From IMG/VR virus record IMGVR_UViG_3300027881_000013, positions 1 to 62,438 of that record: 62,438 bases of DNA; one strand, 5' to 3'. Each line of letters opens with the position of its first letter. The first letter of the stretch is position 1. Positions 25,066-35,671 of this stretch are shown one piece after another. This DNA comes from a virus. Taxonomy: Duplodnaviria; Caudoviricetes. Made by a program: the position numbers and the translations under genes. The notes beneath the pieces were generated by a model. It was not told where the DNA came from. It was given only the letters and a program-made list of their open reading frames with translations, and ran no database searches.

Positions 25066-28000
25066 AGCGCTTAAAGCACTGAGCAAGGGTGACGTTGATT
25101 ATAACACTATGAATGCTACAGGACCTCTTGCGGGTCATGCAGATAAGCTATTGCAGTCTCACGAGAATCGTCAGGCTGGTATTAAGGCTGAGCAGGGTCG
25201 TCATGATTTTGCTGCCGCAATGCCGGTTCTACAGGCCGCTCGAGCGAAGATTGATAAGATAGTTGGTGAGCGTGTCTTACCAGATGATACCCCCATTGTC
25301 TCTCGTTTTGATGCCTTTAGTATTATGAAGGATGCATCGAAACACATCGCTGATGACAATGGTCTTAAGCGATTTACGACCCATCTTGAGCGGCTTTGGC
25401 ATCAAGAGCCTTTGGGGTCTATTTCTGCTGGTACGCTGACTCGCTTACGCGATCACTATCAGTATACCAATCCTCACTCTAAGGTTGCTGAGGTTATTGA
25501 TACTATTATTCCCAGTGTAGCATATAATACGCTTCCCGTTGTGAAGCTTGTACGTATCGCCTCTGAGATTAAGAGTCAGGAAGACTACGATATCGCTGTA
25601 GTTCGTAATGGCCTTCAGAGTGACACGCCGGTTAATGTTAGGGCTCGTACCTTCATTCGCGCTCTATTAAATAGAAAAGATGCTGCCGAGACGATGGAAG
25701 AGCATCTTGACGAGTCGCATAAAAAGGAGGAGGGCCAATTTGACGAGATGAAGGAAATCAATGACGTCAAGCCTCCTCTCATGGCCAGTAGAGGTAGCGA
25801 TGTCGCTACTCGTGTAGCTAATAGAATTAATAAGAAGGCTCAGCAGTCAATTAAGGATACTGCAGTTGCTGTTGAAGGCCTAACAGATAAATTTGATAAA
25901 TTACAACAAAGTGGAACTTCAGTAGAAGATATTACTAATAAGTTGCAACAGGCTAAGGAACAACAGGCTAAGGAACAAGGTGGTTTAGTAGCAGATTCTG
26001 ATACCACAGCAGAGACACCAAAGCAAGATCTAGGTATTGATGGTACTGGTGTTTTATCTACTGTTGCTCAGGTATATGAGGAAGAGGAAACACCATATAT
26101 GCAGATTCCTGGCATCGCCACAGATCCAGAAGTGCGATCGATGGCAGCCGATGCAGTTCAATATGCTATGAGTGATCCTACTATTGCTAACTTGTTAAAT
26201 CAACTGGGTGTTGATCCAAATATGCCAGATGCGGCAGCCCAGATTGAGCAGATAGTGGCGACTAATCCAGAAACGATGCAAATCTTAGAGAAGATTACTC
26301 AACTTGTTGGTAAGACTGTACAAAGAGAAGAGTCACAGCAGGTTGCCGCATCTGTAAGAGTAGCCCAGGAAGAGATGCAAGAGTACGTTGATAGCCAAGA
26401 AGGGCAAGATTTCTTCCAGCAGATGGGTCAGGAATTAGAAAGTTACATGAGCGGTGAAGGCGAAGGCGAAGAGGCTATGGAAATGGCTGCTGCCAAGAAA
26501 AAGAAGAAGAAGACGAAAAAGAAGGAAAAGTCGACTAAGACTTTTAATCCTAAGATTAATGAACAGCAGCCAGGTCAGATTACTCCTCCGCAGTCCTTAA
26601 AAGCTGCTATCTTATCTGATAATCCTATGGTAGATGATGGTAAACATCACCTTCCTATTTATAATAACAAGGCTGCTCATGCTTCTCTTGATTATGTTAA
26701 TGCTCTTCAAGCTTCACCTTCTTGGTGGCTTGGTAGTGTAGCTGAGTTAAAGTCTAACTTAAGAGAAGCAATTAAGGCAGGTAAAATTCCTCCTCAGTTC
26801 GAAAAGCATGTAAAGGGCAAGGGGAAGGATGACGATAAGGATGACGATAAGGATGACGATAAGGACGATGATAAGAAAGATGATGGAAAGTTCCCAGAGA
26901 ATTTGAAGAAAAAGAAGAGTGAAATCGAGCATATATTACTGAATGATAAGACCTATAGAGCAAGTGGATATGCCATTGCTATAAATGGCGACCAGGTTGC
27001 TATTCAGAGTAAACGAGGAAGTAAGAGTTATCCATTGTTAGAGGTTGATGCCGCTATTGATGACTTCATCTATCTCGCTAGTACTGCTAAGCATCCTGCT
27101 GGTGGTCCACCTCCGCCAGTATTTACTATTAGAGAAGGTCTTAGACTCAATTGTCCGGGCTGTGGCGAATCTAATAGTTATGAGATGCCAAAAACTGCTT
27201 CTGACTTAAGCTGTGGTCGCTGTAGTGGTATTATTCCCTCTAAGGCCATTGCTTCTGCCCTCGAGGTTGGTGGTGCTGCTGAAGAGACCACGTTGACCGC
27301 TTTTGTTGCTGATGCTCATCTTGAGACGTTTGGTGATGCTTTTGGTAAAGCTGCAGAGAAGCTGGGCGCTCAGGAAGTTGGGGTTGAAGGGAATAACGCT
27401 GAAGCCTATGCATTTAATGTTCCTGTTGAGCGTAAAGCTGAAGTTTGGGACATGATGGTAGAAGCGGGCTTTAAGCCAATCGCCTTAGATATGGAAGATA
27501 TTGAAATTCCAGAAGGCGGTCTTGAAGAAGAAGGACTGCCAATGGAAATGCAACCTCTTGGCGGTGAGGGGGATGCAAAAATTGATAATGCGATGCAGCA
27601 TTATAATGAAAAAGGCGATATGAGTATCCTTGATGCAATTACTCAATTTAAAACTGATTATTCTAAAGAATTAGAAACTGAACCACCACAAATTGATCCA
27701 CAGGCTGTAGTTGATATTGCGCAAAGAATTTTTGGTGGTTCCCCTATGGAAATAGCAGGTGCATTAGAGAAGTTGGCTGGTGATCTTCCGGCCGCTACTG
27801 TAAATCAGCAACAGCCAGATGCAGTGGCTCAAGGGAAAGGGAATAAGGTACTTGGCCCGGACTCCGAAACCCATGGTGACCTTAAAACCCCAAGTATAAA
27901 GTCTCAGTCAAAACCACAGGGAAATTTCTCTGATACGAGTACTGAACCAGATTCTGATAATAGAGATCCTGGCGACTTTGGTGCTGGGAAGCCGAAAACT

Positions 28001-28141
28001 CAGCATCCAGCGACTGATCAGCAAGGTACTGGTCTGTCTGATACCGATCTTGGCAAGGATTCTGATCATCAGGAGAACAAGCTTACTCGTAAGATGGACC
28101 AAATGAGTAAGGCTGCACCATCTGCACTGCGATCCAAGTAA
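25052..28141 (+). CDS. Large acidic internal head (poly)protein with zinc ribbon and KDDD repeats
   Basis: Many (K/R)xA motifs; CPGC...CGRC; low-complexity segments. Confidence 0.7.
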   Translation: MQTRKALKALSKGDVDYNTMNATGPLAGHADKLLQSHENRQAGIKAEQGRHDFAAAMPVLQAARAKIDKIVGERVLPDDTPIVSRFDAFSIMKDASKHIADDNGLKRFTTHLERLWHQEPLGSISAGTLTRLRDHYQYTNPHSKVAEVIDTIIPSVAYNTLPVVKLVRIASEIKSQEDYDIAVVRNGLQSDTPVNVRARTFIRALLNRKDAAETMEEHLDESHKKEEGQFDEMKEINDVKPPLMASRGSDVATRVANRINKKAQQSIKDTAVAVEGLTDKFDKLQQSGTSVEDITNKLQQAKEQQAKEQGGLVADSDTTAETPKQDLGIDGTGVLSTVAQVYEEEETPYMQIPGIATDPEVRSMAADAVQYAMSDPTIANLLNQLGVDPNMPDAAAQIEQIVATNPETMQILEKITQLVGKTVQREESQQVAASVRVAQEEMQEYVDSQEGQDFFQQMGQELESYMSGEGEGEEAMEMAAAKKKKKKTKKKEKSTKTFNPKINEQQPGQITPPQSLKAAILSDNPMVDDGKHHLPIYNNKAAHASLDYVNALQASPSWWLGSVAELKSNLREAIKAGKIPPQFEKHVKGKGKDDDKDDDKDDDKDDDKKDDGKFPENLKKKKSEIEHILLNDKTYRASGYAIAINGDQVAIQSKRGSKSYPLLEVDAAIDDFIYLASTAKHPAGGPPPPVFTIREGLRLNCPGCGESNSYEMPKTASDLSCGRCSGIIPSKAIASALEVGGAAEETTLTAFVADAHLETFGDAFGKAAEKLGAQEVGVEGNNAEAYAFNVPVERKAEVWDMMVEAGFKPIALDMEDIEIPEGGLEEEGLPMEMQPLGGEGDAKIDNAMQHYNEKGDMSILDAITQFKTDYSKELETEPPQIDPQAVVDIAQRIFGGSPMEIAGALEKLAGDLPAATVNQQQPDAVAQGKGNKVLGPDSETHGDLKTPSIKSQSKPQGNFSDTSTEPDSDNRDPGDFGAGKPKTQHPATDQQGTGLSDTDLGKDSDHQENKLTRKMDQMSKAAPSALRSK

Positions 28142-28153
28142 AGAGGTTTTGCT

Positions 28154-31100
28154 ATGGGCATTACCGATAATAAATTTATAGGGCAAGAAACGCCCATATC
28201 CAATCTGGATGATCATGCTTTTACGGGTATTGCAGATCCTAATAAGTGGTCTATCGAAAAGGTAGCTGAACTTATTGGCTCTCGTGAAACACCGGCAGAA
28301 GATGATCCGCTACCTGCAGGAACTCGTGTTGAGTTCAGTATGCCGAATTCTAATGAAATTCGGTGTGGAGTAGTAGCTTCTAAATGTGGTAATGAATATG
28401 TTGTTCAGATTAATGAAGGGGAATCATGTCTTGTTCCTCCTGGCAGATTAGCTAAGATTGATAACGCTAGTAAAATAGCAGAGGTTCTTAAGCATGAGCT
28501 TATGCCTCGTCTTGAGCTCCAATCTGAGATTTCTAAAAACGGTAATCATGTTGCCACAGTAGAATTTAAAGATAGATATCCTTCTGACAATCAGATTATT
28601 AAGTGGTCACTCGAGCACTTTCCTGATCTTAAGTTAGTAGATGCTATTCAAAGAAAAGCTAGACGTATTGATTTGATTTTTGAGGTTCAAGCTGCTGAGG
28701 ATGTGAAACCTCAAGGTGGCGATAGCTTTACTCGTGCTCCTGGTCTTATGAGTCAGGAAATTGATGGTACTGGTGTTATTGGGGAAGCCAGTCCTCTTAC
28801 TGGCATTGAGGATGCAGATATTGATAAGGGTATAGAAGTAGAAAAAGAGCATACTGAGGATGAGGAATTAGCTAGACAAATCGCTGTTGATCACTTAGCA
28901 GAAGATCCTGATTATTATAATAAATTAGAAAAGATGGAAAAACATCATAATAAGAAATTTGCTCTAAAGGACATAACAGTCCCTAGTGTAATTAGTCTTG
29001 TTGATGTTACTCCTAAACAAGCTCAAGCAGAAGAAAAGATTGAGAATTTAACTGAATCTGATAGATCATTAAGATATCAAGAGCTTCATAAGGCAGCTGA
29101 ATGGACTCTTGGTAGATTTAATGATAGTAATCCTGGATATTATGCCGCACCACAAGAAATTGGGATGATTGGTTCTGGTGGTGAGCAAATTTTACAATTA
29201 TTTTTCTCTTTAAAGAAAAAGGGTAAGAACGAAGAATTAGGCAATCTTTATTTTGATAATAAGGGTATAATTGTAACAGCAGAAGAAGCAGAAGAAGGTT
29301 TTGAACCTGTAAATGGCTATGTACAGGTAGACTCTGATGCCAATCTTCCTATTGTAATGTTATCTACTCCACATGGTATGGAGTCTGCACAAAAGTATAG
29401 TTTTAATTTCACTGCTACTATGGAATATTCTGACGATGAAATAGAAACTATGACTGCTGCAAGACAAATAACAGCAGATGTTTGTGCTTGTCTTGCAGAT
29501 ACTGTATTATCAGAGCATGGTGGTTATTCTGCAAAGGCACAGGCTGATTTTGAGGCTCGTTTAACTAAACTTGCAGTTGATCCAAGCGCTAAAAGCTATT
29601 GGTCTGGCTATTTTAAAGATTATGGTAAGATGCTTACGCGTGATATTCCGCGTAAGATTAAAAAGAAGAAAGCAGATAGTGATTATACTGCCTATGTTGA
29701 TAAGGTAGATGGTGGATATGAAGTAAAGAGCAAGAAAAATCCAAAATGGTCTGGTGGTACATATAAGAGTAAGTCTAAGGCTGAAGAACGTCTCGGTGAA
29801 GTAGAGATGTTCAAGCACATGAAAGATGGTAGTAAGTATTTAGAAAATATTAGCGAAGTTGATTGGATTGATCTTGCTACTTCTGCTTTTACTGATAAAA
29901 GTGCAGCCTGGTGGAATAGAAAAAGACCAAAGAGTAGAAGACCTAAAGATAAGAGAAAAGATTATCCGAAACAGGGGCCAGATTTAAGTTCAGTAACCAA
30001 TGTTGTTAAGTGGTCATTGGAACAAGCCTTAGACGAAAAAGATTATGCTTTAAAAGATATAATTATTAGATTAGGCACAAAGTGGATTAATGATAATCCA
30101 GGGTATTTTGACAGTATTAATGATAGTACTATCGGTGAAGCATACGCCTATGAATTAAGAGATAATGAGAAGAGTTATAATCTTATAGTCAAATTTTTAA
30201 AGGATTGGGATAAGAGGCGTACTAATTGGGAACATAAAGAATTAGGTAAACAACGAAAACAAGAGAAATTAGATAAATTACGTGGTGTTGATCCTAAAAA
30301 AGAAAAAGAAACCTGGGAACAGCAAAAAGATAAAGAAAAGAAGGAAAAAGGTGGTCCGATAGAAATGGGGGGTGCAACTCCCCAGATACAAGAGGAAGGA
30401 CCAGTAGAGATGGGGAAAGCCCCAAAGGAAGATGTCGCACAACAATATCGTATACAACCGCCACAACCGCCACAACCAACTCCTGAGCAGATTGAAGAAT
30501 CAATGCAATATGGTCAACAATATAAACCACCGTTTAGACCAGTGGCAAAGACAGCTGCGGGTTTAGCTGATCTAACTGATTTAGAATGGAAAGAATTAAC
30601 TAAAAAATTAAAAGGTAAAGAAGAGGCTTCACAGGCTCTTGAGCAATTAAAGCAAGAAACTAGTGAGCTCGAGAAGGCAAAGGGGGAAGAAGAACCCGAA
30701 TATACTATTCCTGAGGGGGCAAAGGTACATAAAGCTCCGAGGGGTGTAGATTTCACTTCTTGGGAAGTTGAACCTGAAAGACCAGAGTCTAGATTAACTA
30801 CTCCTAATATTCCAGAGCCATATGGTCCTACTCGAGGACCAGATTATGCTCCTCCTGAAATGAACTATGTTAAAACCATGGAGCAGATGAAGGACATATT
30901 AAGAATATTAGAAGAAAAAGTAGAGATTAAATTTCCTAGTATTGGTATTCTTAAAGACAAAATTCCTATTATTAATCCAGATCAGATAAAAGAAGGTGAC
31001 GATTTAGAAGCAATTAATGAGTATGCTGGTGCAGAATTATGGCTTGCGTTGTTTTTATCAGGTAAAGAAGGTCCTGAAAAATATAAACAATACCAAGATA

Positions 31101-34100
31101 TTTTAAAGGAATATCATCCTGAATTATTTATTACATATAAATATCAAACCCTGGGTACACGGTCTGATGAAGCGTTAGAAATACATGATAATATTGAAAA
31201 ATCTTTAGGTAGAAAGGTTAAACCTATTGAGGGGTTTCCTTTAGATGAAACGCCACCAAATCCCATTGCACAGCCAGACGCATTAGAGAAGTTGGATAGA
31301 GAATATAAAGAAAAAACAAGACAAGTAGATCCTGAATTAGTTGATCTATTTATGAAAAAAGTCAAAAGAGAACATGATCCTCAAGCAGCTTTGGATGATG
31401 AGTATCTTAAGATATTAACTGATTATCTAAATAAAAACATGGAAGGTGGATTTGAAGCTTATTTAAGTGAGATGAGTATCACTAATGATCAATTTGCTAA
31501 TTTGCCCATAAAAAAACAAACCTCATTATTACGAGAAAGGGTACAAGAGCTTGCGAGAAAACAACAACCTTTAAAATCTGAACCTAAGGTTGTTAAAGAG
31601 CCTAGTATGGAAGAATATATTGAGAGTACTAAATATAAGAGACCTTCAGGAGAAATACCTGAGGTTGATGAAATGGAAGAATTAATTAGAATTTTGGAAA
31701 ACTATGAAAGTTTAGACGATCTCTTAAAACGTCATGGTTTACGTCCGGAACTTTGGGAACGATTAAGTAAAGAAGAGCAAATTTCTTATTTAGAAGGTGC
31801 AATTAACAAGCATATGGAAAAGGGAGATCCTGGAGCAGCGCCTGGTGTTTTAAGAGGTCCTCCCACTATATGGGAAGAATCACCGGGTGGGCGTGGACGT
31901 CCAGCACTTCCTTCTGGTGGAGAAGACCCAATACAAAGAACTACTCTGCCTAAAAAATCACAAAAGATTGCTGATGAGCCAGAGATGGAATATGAAGTAG
32001 ACTCAGAAGAGACAGCTGATCTACCAGAAGAAGATGTAGATGTTGCTGGTGGGCCATGTCCAAATTGTGGCAAGCAAATTGAGACTTTGGTTGGCGGGTG
32101 TCCAGAATGTGGAATAACTAATAAGCAGGTTGAAGAAAATAGAAAGATAGAACTCGATCAAAAACTATCAGTATATGATGATGCTAATAGTCTAATAGGC
32201 TTTTTAACTGAAAAACAATTTCAAGATTTATTAACTCAAGAAGGTATAGATAAAGAACAATTTGGGATGATAGAGCCTGACCTTCAGGCTGATTTAATTA
32301 ATGATTATATCACCGGACAATATGGCGATATTGATCCAAGAAAATGGAAAAATAAGGTATCTGAATTTGATTTACAATTAGCACTTGATTTCTTAGATCC
32401 CCAATCTGATGTTAGAGTGGCATATGATAAATTCTTAAATTGGGTTCCTACAACGTGGGGGAAAGTATCTAAAGATCCTGTTAATCATGCTTTGGCAAAG
32501 GCTTTTGCTGGAGCTCCAATCAAAGAGATAATTAATAATAAACAATGGGGACATCAGGCAATTCAAGCTTTAACGCCAACCCTTACTAAGGGAAATGCTA
32601 AGTTAGCTTACTTTGCATTAAAGGCGCATGATACTGATATTTTTGAAGTTGAAAAGGAAAAGAGAAGAAAGACAAGAAGAGATTTAAAGACTGTTAAGCC
32701 TGAGGGTACTTTCTTAGGCGAGCCAATGGCTGACATTCCATTAAAGGATAAGAAGAAAAAAGTTGAACCACATCCTGGTGCTCCAATGGGTAAGCGCGAT
32801 GTTACCCTTGTTAAAAAGCCTAGTAAAGAAGAAGCCCAAAATATACCTGTTGTAGACGCTTTTTGGATGCATGAAGTTCCAGAAGGCGCATACAAAGGCG
32901 AGATGATTATTAATGCCTTACAAAAGGCTGAAGGCGATGAATTTTTAGATTTACAAAATATAATGAGACTAAAGTCTGGTGGAGTTTGGGCCCAGATTAT
33001 AGAGCATAGATTGGGTCCAGAGGCTGCAAGAAGTGAACGAGCCTTTATCCAAGATTTACAGGCAATGGCTAAAGAAGATGTTAAAGCTGTCTTTAGTATG
33101 AACCTAAAAACAGATGAATATTTACGTGGTATGGAGCTATTGAAGAAGATAAATGCCGAAGATAAACCATTATTAATTCAAGATGCAATTGATATTGCAC
33201 TTGATTTTAAAGAAAATGATGAGCCTGGTGTATTATCCTACTTAATGCATTCTCTTAAGCAGGCTAAGGGTGAGGATGCTGAAGAAAAATTAGCTGTTGC
33301 TAATGACTATTTAAGAACTAAGGGAATTAGTACTGAAGAGAAAACAAAGACAGAAGAAGAAAAGAGACAGTTAGTTAAGAGAAAGCATCCAACTGAAGTA
33401 CAAATAACACAAGGACCTCCTGGCTCTCCCTGGTTTAAGAGTGAAGAACATGAAGGAGCTATGGGGATAGATGAAGCATTTAATGCATCTGTAAATTGGC
33501 CGGAAGATAAAAGAGTATCCTTTTTTAATATTCTACAGAGATGGTATCCAATACAATTAGCTACTTATCAAAAATGGATAAGTGGAGAAGAGAAGAGAGA
33601 GGAAGAAGAAGCCAGAACACGTAAGGAAGAAGAAGCTGGTGAAAAACGTACAGAAGAAGAAAAGGCTGAAGAGAAGATACAGAAAGAACGTGAAGAGTTA
33701 AAGTCTCCTGAAGAGATCGAAAAAGCTAAGAAGAGAATGGAAGAGGAAGAAGTAGAAACTAAAACTCCTGGGAAGGCTGAGGAAGTACCTGGTAAGGTAT
33801 ACGAACAGAAAGAGCCATCTGTAGATAAGATACAAAAGGCTAAAGAACGCCAAGAAGACCTTAACAGAATATTAAAAGACTTAGAGAAAAAGGGAGCGGT
33901 TATGCAAAAGCATAGTGATGCCGGTCCAGGACCGCAATCTTACAACGCTCCTGGTAAAGATGATAAAAAGGATTATGACCATCAGGAAATGAATAAGCAA
34001 CCTGCTCGTAGTCATAATAAGTTTATCATTAATCGTATGTTCTCGACCACTTCGTCAGATGATAACGGTTATGTGATGATGGATATTGGGTGGGATCCAG

Positions 34101-34345
34101 AGCTATTCAAGAATATGAGCCCACAGAATATTCAACATCAGATTATCTCCTTTATCAAGGGACTTGAGAGTGATAAGTACTTCCATGATTTCGGTATCAT
34201 GGGTAAACCGAAGATTATTGACTTTGATGAAGATGCTGGGGTTGCCCAGATTAAAGTACGTTGTAGCGAGTCTCGAGGAATTATGACCTTGACCTATGGT
34301 GGTGAACTGAAAGATGACGTTTTACCACTTACAGGTATTAGATAG
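28154..34345 (+). CDS. 2063-aa internal head polyprotein incl. DUF5661-like module
   Basis: GIEVEKEHT...ARQIAVDHLAEDPDYYNKL; modules separated by KxA motifs. Confidence 0.7.
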   Translation: MGITDNKFIGQETPISNLDDHAFTGIADPNKWSIEKVAELIGSRETPAEDDPLPAGTRVEFSMPNSNEIRCGVVASKCGNEYVVQINEGESCLVPPGRLAKIDNASKIAEVLKHELMPRLELQSEISKNGNHVATVEFKDRYPSDNQIIKWSLEHFPDLKLVDAIQRKARRIDLIFEVQAAEDVKPQGGDSFTRAPGLMSQEIDGTGVIGEASPLTGIEDADIDKGIEVEKEHTEDEELARQIAVDHLAEDPDYYNKLEKMEKHHNKKFALKDITVPSVISLVDVTPKQAQAEEKIENLTESDRSLRYQELHKAAEWTLGRFNDSNPGYYAAPQEIGMIGSGGEQILQLFFSLKKKGKNEELGNLYFDNKGIIVTAEEAEEGFEPVNGYVQVDSDANLPIVMLSTPHGMESAQKYSFNFTATMEYSDDEIETMTAARQITADVCACLADTVLSEHGGYSAKAQADFEARLTKLAVDPSAKSYWSGYFKDYGKMLTRDIPRKIKKKKADSDYTAYVDKVDGGYEVKSKKNPKWSGGTYKSKSKAEERLGEVEMFKHMKDGSKYLENISEVDWIDLATSAFTDKSAAWWNRKRPKSRRPKDKRKDYPKQGPDLSSVTNVVKWSLEQALDEKDYALKDIIIRLGTKWINDNPGYFDSINDSTIGEAYAYELRDNEKSYNLIVKFLKDWDKRRTNWEHKELGKQRKQEKLDKLRGVDPKKEKETWEQQKDKEKKEKGGPIEMGGATPQIQEEGPVEMGKAPKEDVAQQYRIQPPQPPQPTPEQIEESMQYGQQYKPPFRPVAKTAAGLADLTDLEWKELTKKLKGKEEASQALEQLKQETSELEKAKGEEEPEYTIPEGAKVHKAPRGVDFTSWEVEPERPESRLTTPNIPEPYGPTRGPDYAPPEMNYVKTMEQMKDILRILEEKVEIKFPSIGILKDKIPIINPDQIKEGDDLEAINEYAGAELWLALFLSGKEGPEKYKQYQDILKEYHPELFITYKYQTLGTRSDEALEIHDNIEKSLGRKVKPIEGFPLDETPPNPIAQPDALEKLDREYKEKTRQVDPELVDLFMKKVKREHDPQAALDDEYLKILTDYLNKNMEGGFEAYLSEMSITNDQFANLPIKKQTSLLRERVQELARKQQPLKSEPKVVKEPSMEEYIESTKYKRPSGEIPEVDEMEELIRILENYESLDDLLKRHGLRPELWERLSKEEQISYLEGAINKHMEKGDPGAAPGVLRGPPTIWEESPGGRGRPALPSGGEDPIQRTTLPKKSQKIADEPEMEYEVDSEETADLPEEDVDVAGGPCPNCGKQIETLVGGCPECGITNKQVEENRKIELDQKLSVYDDANSLIGFLTEKQFQDLLTQEGIDKEQFGMIEPDLQADLINDYITGQYGDIDPRKWKNKVSEFDLQLALDFLDPQSDVRVAYDKFLNWVPTTWGKVSKDPVNHALAKAFAGAPIKEIINNKQWGHQAIQALTPTLTKGNAKLAYFALKAHDTDIFEVEKEKRRKTRRDLKTVKPEGTFLGEPMADIPLKDKKKKVEPHPGAPMGKRDVTLVKKPSKEEAQNIPVVDAFWMHEVPEGAYKGEMIINALQKAEGDEFLDLQNIMRLKSGGVWAQIIEHRLGPEAARSERAFIQDLQAMAKEDVKAVFSMNLKTDEYLRGMELLKKINAEDKPLLIQDAIDIALDFKENDEPGVLSYLMHSLKQAKGEDAEEKLAVANDYLRTKGISTEEKTKTEEEKRQLVKRKHPTEVQITQGPPGSPWFKSEEHEGAMGIDEAFNASVNWPEDKRVSFFNILQRWYPIQLATYQKWISGEEKREEEEARTRKEEEAGEKRTEEEKAEEKIQKEREELKSPEEIEKAKKRMEEEEVETKTPGKAEEVPGKVYEQKEPSVDKIQKAKERQEDLNRILKDLEKKGAVMQKHSDAGPGPQSYNAPGKDDKKDYDHQEMNKQPARSHNKFIINRMFSTTSSDDNGYVMMDIGWDPELFKNMSPQNIQHQIISFIKGLESDKYFHDFGIMGKPKIIDFDEDAGVAQIKVRCSESRGIMTLTYGGELKDDVLPLTGIR

Positions 34346-34354
34346 GAGAAACTA

Positions 34355-34858
34355 ATGAAGTATTTATTAATGAATCAGAGCCAGGGCAATTTACAGGTCG
34401 ATTTGTTTAGTCCTACTACGACCTATAAGAACCGAAACCTTCATAGGATGGCACCTGTAGTCTCACTTAACCTTAAGAAGGGGACTAGTACTGACCTTCT
34501 CCCCCATTTTGGTGGCTCTCTTGAAAAGACTCACGAATGTGTAAAGCATAGTCGTGATGTTTTGCGTCTTTTACGTCCAGATAGGTTGATTGTTCTGGTA
34601 TGTGATGACGATAGTAATGAAATCGACGTAGATGCCCTACTTGGTAAAATTCCTGAAAAACCAGAAGCAGTTCCAGAGTCTAGACCTGCTGAAAAATCTC
34701 GTCTTGGTGATGAGACTAAGCCAGATATGGGTGAGGGTGCTTTATTGGCAGCAGTTGATCATCATGAGGCTGAGGCGGCTGCTCCAGTTGAGATGGAAGA
34801 AGAGGATTCTAAGAGCAAGAAGAAGAAAAGCAAGAAATCTAAGACTAGTAAGAAGTAG
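34355..34858 (+). CDS. Putative virion protein with shared N-terminal domain
   Basis: AGGAG RBS; pattern similar to N-termini of 38739, 52274, 56900. Confidence 0.6.
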   Translation: MKYLLMNQSQGNLQVDLFSPTTTYKNRNLHRMAPVVSLNLKKGTSTDLLPHFGGSLEKTHECVKHSRDVLRLLRPDRLIVLVCDDDSNEIDVDALLGKIPEKPEAVPESRPAEKSRLGDETKPDMGEGALLAAVDHHEAEAAAPVEMEEEDSKSKKKKSKKSKTSKK

Positions 34859-34860
34859 TT

Positions 34861-35670
34861 ATGTCTGAAGAAGAAACTGCAGCAGAGAGTTTTGAGCTTT
34901 TACTGAAACCTGAATTTCAGTATCAGTGTAAACTTTGCATCTGGTCAAAAGAGCACCCAGAGTTGTATAACTGGGTTTGTAAGCATGCACTAGATGGCTA
35001 TCCGCCTGGTAGGATAGCCTCTATGCTAATTGACTACATACCTACTAAATATCCAGATTTAGATTTAAAGGCACCAACTAAGAAAAGTATCTGGAATCAT
35101 TTTAATAAGCATACTAATCCAAAAGATGGTGTCGAGATACAAAGTGCAAAAGATAAGTTTATTAAGAATCCCAATAATAAGTTAATTTCTGAATCTGCTT
35201 TAGAAGAGATTAAACAGGTTAGAGAAGGTACTTTTGACGAGCATGAAGAGCTCTGTAAATTGTATGTAAAATTTAGAGAGGTGCACGATCAGATTTATGA
35301 ATTAGCAGACTCTCTTAAGGCTTTAAATAGTGCTAATGGTGATGTCTGGTCACAAAATAAGATCCAGACATTTACCTCTATGATTAATACTCAGAAGGGA
35401 ATCTTAGCAGAGATAGCTAAAATGCGTCAAGGTAATAAGCTCATTACTGTAGCCACTCAATACATTATTGAAACGTTTACAAAGAGTATTGTTGCCAAGT
35501 TATCTGAGGAATTTTCATCCTTAGTTTCAGTAATGAAGCGTCAAGATGTTGATAGAGATATTATTGAGGCTATTGAAGATCTTGTGGGTATGAAATTGGC
35601 TAATATCTTAGTCAATGAAGCCGAAGTTGCAATGGGTAGAACCAGACAAGAATTTAGGTTACCGAACTAA
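34861..35670 (+). CDS. Candidate terminase small subunit
   Basis: CKLC...HTH-like...NHFNKH zinc/HTH N-terminus followed by long helices; upstream of terminase. Confidence 0.5.
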   Translation: MSEEETAAESFELLLKPEFQYQCKLCIWSKEHPELYNWVCKHALDGYPPGRIASMLIDYIPTKYPDLDLKAPTKKSIWNHFNKHTNPKDGVEIQSAKDKFIKNPNNKLISESALEEIKQVREGTFDEHEELCKLYVKFREVHDQIYELADSLKALNSANGDVWSQNKIQTFTSMINTQKGILAEIAKMRQGNKLITVATQYIIETFTKSIVAKLSEEFSSLVSVMKRQDVDRDIIEAIEDLVGMKLANILVNEAEVAMGRTRQEFRLPN

Positions 35671-35671
35671 A

